Shown in pieces: positions 10,723-17,906 of a stretch of 17,906 nt of DNA; position 1 is the stretch's first letter, and each line of letters opens with the position of its first letter. The notes below the pieces were generated by a model. The model worked only from the letters and a program-made list of their open reading frames with translations, was not told the DNA's origin and did no database searches. The translations under genes and the position numbers were made by a program. The stretch comes from Ginkgo biloba (lineage: Eukaryota; Plantae; Ginkgophyta), in assembly GCA_024626585.2 (NCBI GenBank), contig JANKJI020000004.1:4759364-4777269 (forward strand), written 5' to 3'.

Positions 10723-11837
10723 TCTGCAGGTGCTTTCCAACGGAAGGCCGTTCTTTGCTTTTTGGCACAGCTTGAAGTGAATGAGTTGGTGGTTTTTTTC
10801 TCCTTAATTTTGAAGCCTTTTAATGGTGCATTTATTGAAGAACATTCTTTGATTTCTGGATCAAAATATTCCTGGGAGATTGCCATAGAACAAGGTGCAA
10901 CAATGGATTTTGTTAATTGGATTAGCACAGAAAGAGTAGCTACTATGGCATACAAAAAGAAGTCTGGCTTTTTGCATGTAATGAAAGACATTTTGGACAC
11001 CTTTGACAAAGAACGCATGATCCCTTATCTTACTCCACTGTTGGCATTTGTTCTCCGTATATTGGAATCATGTGCTATGAGTCTAGAATGTCAAAATGAT
11101 GCTCCATTCAGTCATTATGATCCACAAGGAAGCATGCCTGTTGTTGACTCTGAGATGTCTGACATGGTGATGCCAGAAAAGGTAACTGGCACAGAAATTT
11201 CTGTGGAGCAAAATCAACCTTATTTAGTGGTTTCAGAGATGTCCAGAGGCATTGATTTCCTTGCTACAGATGATGCTGTGAAGAAGTCCGACAGCTCATT
11301 AGAGTTATCTAAGTTAGCAGCTGATGGGGCCCAGATTAGAAATGCCACTATGAGTGCAGAGTGTACAGTTAAGAAACCACCAATGATTCTTGGTGGAATG
11401 AAAGAGTTGAGATCCTTATGTCTTAAAGTCATTTCCATTGTGCTCAATAAGTATGATTCATTTGATTTTGGTTCAGATTTTTGGGATATTTTTTTTGCAG
11501 CAATCAAACCACTGGTTGATAGATTTGGGCAAGAAAATGGCAGCAGTGAAGCACCCGGCTCATTGTTTACTTCTTTTCTGGCAATGAGCAAAAGCTTAAA
11601 GCTTGCCTCATTTCTTCAGAGAGAGAAATCTCTTGTTCCAAATATTCTGTCAATTTTGTCTGTGAAAACTGTGTCCGAAGCAATGGTTTCAGCTGTTTTG
11701 AGTTTTGTTGAGAATATTTTGAATTTGGAGGATGAAAATCAAGATAAGGTTGTGCTGGAAGAAGTTCTTTTACCCTATCTTGATATTCTCTTCTCAAGTA
11801 TGCACGATTTGGTTCAGCATCGTCAGGAACATCGGAG
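10723..11837 (+). CDS. UTP20: UTP20 large internal exon (1115 bp)
   Basis: Acceptor TTGACCAG| (10721-10722, phase 0, in frame with the previous exon) and donor AG|GTAACT (11838, phase 2). The frame is uninterrupted: SAGAFQRKAVLCFLAQLEVNELVVFFSLILKPF...KKKSGFLHVMKDILDTFD...KELRSLCLKVIS...FWDIFFAAIKPLVDRFGQENGSSEAPGSLF...VLSFVENILNL. Confidence 0.95.
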
Positions 11838-13437
11838 GTAACTCTGGATTACACTTTTTTGCATTGAAAAATACTTGTACACTGTTTCATGCTTGTTCAT
11901 CATCTGCTCTGTCTCATCTGAGATGATGGTTTGATGTTTCCTCTTCTTCTATGCACAAGCATGTTTGGTGGTCGTATCTCTTGTTTTTCACAATCTTATT
12001 TTGATTTCTATCCTCTTGGATGATACTACCTGCAGTATATGGATCCTGTATATGAAACAATTTTCTTATTTTATATAGTGTATCTTGCTATTTTGTATTT
12101 TGTTTTTGAGTGGAATTGGTTGCTCGCTGTAGTATGTTCCATTTCTACATTTTTATATCTTTATATCCTATCCTATCTACAGTGTACAGCCTTCCTGCCA
12201 CCATATCTTTGATTGATTTGATTTGTACNNNNNNNNNNNTAATATTGGAGATGCATTTGGCATTCCCTTTGATATACTACCACATGCTGTTTCTTATCTG
12301 TCTTGTTGACCCATTTTGATCAGTGGTGGATGTTGACTTTCTTTATTTCTTTCTCTAACCAAGCTAAGCACATCTGCCTTACATTTGTGGTTTGCACTAT
12401 CAGAGCTCATAAGCAACTAGAAATACAGTAACAGTAAATTGGTTGGGCTGAAAAGGATTGCAGCTGTATTTTTCCCTTGTTGGAGTTGTTTTTTGAAACT
12501 GAGCATCACAAGCCTTGGAATCTGAAGTGTAAAATGAATTGGTTAACTTCCTTTAGACACCAGATATTAAATGCCATCCATACGACTCACTCAATATTTT
12601 GTTTTGTGTTTCCTATGTAGTTCTCTCTCTAATTGTTGCCATTCTTAAAAGTGGGATTTGGTACCCTGCTTCTAACTTCTAGCTGTGTTCTCTTTTTCTT
12701 GTTTGTACAACATGGAGATTTCTCCTACTTATTGTGTAATAATTCTGGGGTATTACTTTGTTGCTTCTTCCTCCAACTCCTTCAAGCATCTATCACAAAA
12801 TAAGGATGCAGAAAGCTTCACCTTAGGGCCTACTGTATCAGAAGCTTCTCGTTAGTGGTCAAGAGCTAGTTTGGAATGAGCAGAGTGCTTCAAGACCCCA
12901 CTCCCCCCTCCTAGTNNNNNNNNNNNNNNNNNNNNNNNNNNNNNNNNNNNNNNNNNNNNNNNNNNNNNNNNNNNNNNGATTATAGAGCTTTATATCCCTT
13001 AAAATGGGATTGAAAATCAGAGTGCACAGAATTTGCTGCCTCAAACAAGAATCAACTTACAATTTGCAGATGGAATCGCAAGCTTTCGCTTGGATAAGGA
13101 AGAAGAAATAATCACAGATTTCTAAGAACTGAACTCTGGTAAGTGAGTGTTGAACAGATGAACAATAGATGAACAACCACTCAACAATTGAATAACTGAA
13201 CCCACCATTAGCCGAATCAACCCTTGCTTCTAAGCTCTCGGGAGCTTTTATTATCTTTCCCCATTGTAACTGTCAAGGTAGTTACAAAACAATTTGTATC
13301 AACTTCTAAGTCGAAGTTGGATGATGTGGATGATTGCCACACGGTAGGAGTGATGATGTGGCAATTGAGATGGCATGTTGGAGGCTCAAAGTCGCTCCAT
13401 AACATTACCACAACATACTAAACTATTTCGTAGGCTT

Positions 13438-13770
13438 TTACAGGTTGGTAGAGTGCTACGCTCAACATTGTGTCACAGCCTTTTGCATATCCGCACACCT
13501 TTTGTCACATTGACAAGCTTGTGCAGTCTTGTGCACTAACCCACCCTATTGATCTCTCGAGATTAATCTTNNNNNNNNNNCTCATTGATCTTGTCATAGC
13601 CCTTTGCTATGTCGCATCCCTTTGAAATGTTGCAACCATGCATGGTCTTGTGCCTTTGCACTATCATCGCCTTATGCACTTTTGCAGCCTTTTGCACTAT
13701 TGCAACTCAATTGTGTGTGATTTTGACAAGTTCGTGCGACCTATACAAATTCCTCTGACAAGTATTTTCC
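13438..13770. repeat. Dispersed repeat, copy A (TTTTGCAC-rich, probably TE non-coding sequence)
   Basis: It is colinear with 15674-15963: CAGGTTGGTAGAGTG, GCCTTTTGCATAT, CGAGATTAATCT, CATTGATCTTGTCA, TTTTGCACTATyGCAACTCA and AAATTCCT..GACAAG. Confidence 0.8.
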
Positions 13771-14029
13771 TTAGCAAAAATCATAAAACTTCAAGATTTG
13801 AAAGTACAAATTGGTCTTACAATATTGCCAGGCAACAAGGCCTAAACTCTCTTACCAGTGGCATTGCCCCTAAGACCCGACCAAAAGGACCCTAGAACAC
13901 CATTAGAAATTTTGGTCCTAGACTTGGCAATCAAAGAAGGTTTTTTTAGACCAATTCTATGGCTTTTTCATAAGAATATCAACTTCTTGCCACTCTGAAA
14001 TTGAAGCCAATAATTATCCTTCTCCTTTA

Positions 14030-15572
14030 GATCCAACCCAAATCAAATGAAGATGGCACTGCCATACACCACAAGAAGCTGAAGACGCAAGAGATACATA
14101 TGGGAATAGACACAAATACAAAAAAGATTATTATGGGTGATTATTGGGACAAAGCAACCATCACCAAAGCTACAACATTATTTTTAGAATATCATGATGT
14201 ATTTATAACATCTTATAAGGATTTGAGGGGGATTCCACCAAAGATTGGACAACACAAGATAGAGCTATCAGAAGGAATGAAACAAGGACAACAACAACCA
14301 TATTGTCTCAAACCTAAGGTGAAATAATAAGTGAAGCTTGAATTTGATAAAATGTTGGACACCAGATATGTTTACCTAGTTAAAAACAACAAATGTGTGA
14401 GCCTAGTAATTGCCACAAATAAAAATGGCAAGATATGGATTTGACTAGATTACTAGGAACTAAATAAAGTCACAAAGAAGGACCCTTTCCTCAGACCATT
14501 CATCAAAGATGTGCTTGATAAAGTGGTGGGGCATGAAGTATACCCATTTACGGATGGCTTTAGCAGATTTAATTAACTCAACATTACTCCAGAAGATCAA
14601 CTAAAAACTATGTTTGCTACCAAACAAGGTACGTACGCATATCGCATCATTCCGTTCAGATTAACTAATGCACTAGGTAAATTTCAAGGATTGGTATTAC
14701 AAATTTTGGGCAACACAATTGGAAAGAAGGTTGAAGTGTTCCTAGATGATTGTGCCACTATAAAGTGCATCACATACTCAACTTAACCATATTAAAGAGA
14801 TGTTCGAAACTTGTCCAAAAAGAAATTTGTGCCTCAACCCAAAAAAGTGCCAATTCTTGGTTCCCTTAGGCAATCTTTGGAGCACATGGTTACTAAAGAA
14901 GGCCTCTTAGAAGAATCCAACAAAGGGAGCCCTAATCATACGATACCTAGTTCTTAAAATCACGACACAATTAAAAGGATTCCTTGGTTTGACAACATAT
15001 TATCAAAAGTACATCAATGGTTATGCATTTATTTCTTGTCCACTAGAAGCTTTGCAAAAGAAAGAAATCGAATGAGTTTGGAACAAAGAGCAGAAGGAAT
15101 CCTTTAAGACACTAAAGTAAAAGTTCATTCATGCACCAACATTGGCGCTTTCTAGACTAGAATAAAATGTTCCATATTCATGTTGATTCCTCGTTTGCTA
15201 CTAGAAGTGCACTAGCTCAACCTGGAAAAGCAATGTTGACCATTTCTTATACTTTGCTAACAAGAAATTAACTTTGGCCGAGCAAAATTATACTATGACA
15301 GAAAAGAAGGGCTTGGCGTGGTNNNNNNNNNNNNNNNNNNNNNNTTCCAATCATTATCTGCTATCCAACCCCTTTTGGATGGATCATCAAGCCCTAGCAT
15401 ACTTGTTAAACAAGCCCTTGTTGCAAGGACATGAGAGTCATAGGATGTTGATGTTCCAAGTGTTCACTTTAAAATTATAGTTAAACCAAGGAAGAACCAC
15501 AACATTCCAGATCAATTATAATGCATGAGACAAGAGAGGATGCAACCGAAATCAATGATGGTTTTCTAGATA
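14030..15572 (+). mobile_element. Degenerate Ty3/gypsy (Athila-like) pol: RT and RNase H
   Basis: It reads LEYHDVFITSYKDLRGIPP...HKIEL, KNGKIWI*LDY*ELNKVTKKDPF, FTDGFSRFN, PEDQLKT.F, YRIIPFRLTNA, catalytic VFLDD (14736-14750), LNPKKC, LKGFLGLTTYY, AEQNYTMTEKKGLA, DHQALAYL, and the Athila-type tether INDGFLD before a 100-N gap. Many stops and frameshifts. Confidence 0.95.
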
Positions 15573-15673
15573 NNNNNNNNNNNNNNNNNNNNNNNNNNNN
15601 NNNNNNNNNNNNNNNNNNNNNNNNNNNNNNNNNNNNNNNNNNNNNNNNNNNNNNNNNNNNNNNNNNNNNNNNT

Positions 15674-15963
15674 TGCAGGTTGGTAGAGTGTTGCACCCGA
15701 CACCGTGTTGCGGCCTTTTGCATATTTGCACGCCTGTTGTCACTTTGACAAACTTGCACAGTCTTGTACCTTAACCCACATTGTTGATCTCCCGAGATTA
15801 ATCTCAGCCATTGATCTTGTCACAAGCCTTTGCATTGTTGTTGTCTTTTGCACTGTTGCGGCCTCTTGTACTATCTCAACTTTTTGCACTATCGCAACTC
15901 ATTGNNNNNNNNNNNNNNNNNNNNNNNNNNNNNNNNCTAGATAAATTCCTTCGACAAGCATTT
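15674..15963. repeat. Dispersed repeat, copy B (direct repeat of 13438-13770)
   Basis: Same orientation and colinear with copy A, with visible divergence. Confidence 0.8.
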
Positions 15964-16471
15964 GTAACAGTCTGGTCTTTCCTCCAAAAGCTAAGTAGGT
16001 TACTTTTACTTTTTTAAGATATAAAAGCAATAGAATGAATAAATCTTATGCTAATCATTAGAGTTCACAATAACAAGAGATTTCATTCATCTATCGTTCA
16101 AGCATAATTGTGAGCAATCAAAGCATCATTCACATTGATCAAGCATGGACAATAGGAGTTAAGACTAGACCTCTAGGACTAGGGGATAAGCTATTGAGTC
16201 ATACGCATGCCGCTACTGGCCATGAGGACCCCTAGAGGACTTGACCACGGTTACTGACACAAACCTATGGTACCATCAAGGCCAACTGTCAACACCAAAC
16301 GACTTCTCCATTTGGGTCGACCCCCTGTAACTGGGAAGAGTGCCAAGGGAGTAGGTTTTAGTCTCCATTTAGGCACTAGGGTCATCTATGTCAACAATGA
16401 GTTACCCCTCCTCAAAACAACTTGTGCATTCCAAGCACACCAACCGAACTCATCATAACAAGAGTAACAAT

Positions 16472-16800
16472 AGTGCCAATTGGTCGAGACTTACGGACCC
16501 CACCGTAGAGTACTAGCACTCATCTATGGATTTCGTGCTCGTCTCATGAGTCCCTAGGTTGCTAGCCCCTACACTTTGCTGTCAGGCCTTAGGACTCTCT
16601 GTCCATCACATGTTCATACACAAGGCATATCGACTACTACAGTGCTTGTTCGGTCAAGACTTATGGATCCACCGTAGACTACTAGCACTCATCTGCGACT
16701 TTTGTGCTCGTCTCAGGAGTCCAATGGGTTGCTAGCCCCTCATCCAAGTTTTAGGATTCAAGATCCCTATCGTGCTCATACAAAAGGCCTTGCTAGTATA
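16472..16800. repeat. Two-unit tandem repeat of ~170 bp
   Basis: GGTCrAGACTTAyGGA..CACCGTAGA.TACTAGCACTCATCT...GTGCTCGTCTCA.GAGTCC...GGTTGCTAGCCCCT starts at 16482 and 16652 (offset 170). Confidence 0.9.
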
Positions 16801-17309
16801 ATCCCTAGTAGTTGGATATCAAAGATTGTCCTTACAGTGATACACCATGTATTCATATGCCGCAATAAGTGGGTTCGAAGACTCGAGGAAACAATCACAT
16901 ACACAGTCTAATGACCCATATTTCACATAATTGCATAANNNNNNNNNNNNNNNNNNNNNNNNNNNNNNNNNNNNNNNNNNNNNNNNNNNNNNNNNNNNNN
17001 NNNNNNNNNNNNNNNNNNNNNNNNNNNNNNCCATGCATGTCAACTAATAATAGATTCAGATCATAAAAAGTACAACAAATAACATAAACAAAATGAAGCA
17101 ATTAATACATACCTTTCTAGGGAAAAAACCCTGGTATTCTAGCTTATTGTAGAAGTCGTACAAGCTTACCGATCATTAGATCACCTTCGACAACTTCTCA
17201 GCTTGGATGCAAAAGCTTGACACAGAAAAGATGCAGGAAGCAATTTGGCAATCTCCAGACAAGTTCTTCCCTCTTTTGTTGGTTCGTTGGGCCTTCCAAT
17301 AGCTCCTGA

Positions 17310-17870
17310 TGTCAAGAAAACCCTCCAACAGGGTTCGGCCTTCAGCAAGGACAACATGGAGGACTTCTTGCAAAGAAGCCTAAAAAAAGTTGCTAAGAAG
17401 TAGTAGTTAGCCTTTGGCCTAATCTAGGGTAGCAAGGTAGGAATAATTGCGACTTGATAGGATAGCCTTTAGTAAGTAGGACGTAGAAAATCAGCCTTAG
17501 GAAGAAAACACTTTCTCCAAGTCCAAGAAGGATGCATAAACAAATGCCAAATAATGTCTAAAGGCAATTTTGCAGCTTTTGGAAGAGTTCGGCCTGCTTA
17601 TGGTAGTTTCACTAGGTCTACTGGTAGTAGTAGAGGGTAAGAAGACCCCTTAAAAGGGTTCGGCCTTCCACAATGATACCAAGGGAGGTTTCAACTTCAA
17701 AAATAGCCTCAGAAAAGTCGCATAAGGTCAGTGGTAACCTTCGGTTGGGCTGAGGATAGCAATCTAGCAGAAGGTATGACTCCTTAGGGCAACTTTCTGT
17801 AGATAGGATGCATAAATTCACTAAAGAAGTAGGTCGCTGGCTTCAAGTGGAAGAAGGATGCAAAAAATTG
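17310..17870. repeat. Degenerate tandem repeat of ~325 bp, probably LTR-retroelement non-coding sequence
   Basis: AGGGTTCGGCCTTC occurs at 17330 and 17655, and AAGAAGGATGCA at 17525 and 17851 (offsets 325-326). Further GGATGCA and GTTCGGCC variants are present. Confidence 0.65.
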
Positions 17871-17906
17871 AGCATGATGAGAGTAAATGACCCCCTCTGA
17901 CCTCCT

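Larger units (their letters stand above)
2198..15672. other. Four exactly-100-N scaffold gaps (2198-2297, 5612-5711, 7248-7347, 15573-15672), plus other gaps such as 3484-4162
   Basis: The N-run lengths were counted directly. 100 N is the usual placeholder for gaps of unknown size. Confidence 0.9.

Noticed and set aside
10728-10729. Alternative acceptor CTGCAG| 7 nt downstream of the chosen one
   Set aside because: It would be out of phase with the phase-0 donor at 9942. The 10722 site also gives the expected spacing to RKA.
10689-11797. Minus-strand ORFs of 109, 123 and 76 aa
   Set aside because: They are antisense shadows of the large UTP20 exon, with no recognisable motifs.
9942-12850. 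Intronic snoRNA, plausible in a ribosome-biogenesis host gene
   Set aside because: I found no clean RTGATGA...CTGA pair with a terminal stem by eye. H/ACA RNAs cannot be excluded without an Infernal/Rfam scan.
12834-12915. PBS-like (TGTATCAGAAGC, TGGTCAAGAGC) and reverse PPT-like (CACTCCCCCTCCT) motifs
   Set aside because: The PBS matches are imperfect and the orientations conflict. The adjacent N gap prevents defining an LTR boundary.
16472-17870. Repeats as a CRISPR-like or other prokaryotic system
   Set aside because: The context is eukaryotic and intronic. There are only two long degenerate units, with no repeat-spacer structure and no cas-like ORFs.

Overview
This is AT-rich, gap-ridden nuclear DNA from a land plant; the TE-bloated introns and retroelement style suggest a large gymnosperm-type genome (inference). 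It is not prokaryotic. The only credible gene is an internal part of UTP20 (HEAT-repeat SSU-processome/U3 snoRNP-associated protein) on the + strand, seen as five exons (~5921-6037, 6192-6444, 6544-6883, 9680-9941, 10723-11837) with GT-AG boundaries, except that the first exon's acceptor is unresolved. The gene start and end lie outside the window. The rest is mostly degenerate LTR-retrotransposon debris: Athila-like Ty3/gypsy integrase plus 3' region in duplicated fragments (1-5270), a Ty1/copia post-integrase fragment abutting the first exon, an Athila-like RT-RNaseH relic (14030-15572) and several degenerate direct or tandem repeats. Four exactly-100-N gaps mark joins of unknown size, so adjacency across them is not proven. 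I found no convincing novel biological system. The most notable oddities are a copia/UTP20 exon junction, an exon-phase mismatch implying missing exons, an apparently expanded linker in UTP20, and a conserved post-integrase region that may be a relic extra (env-like) ORF.
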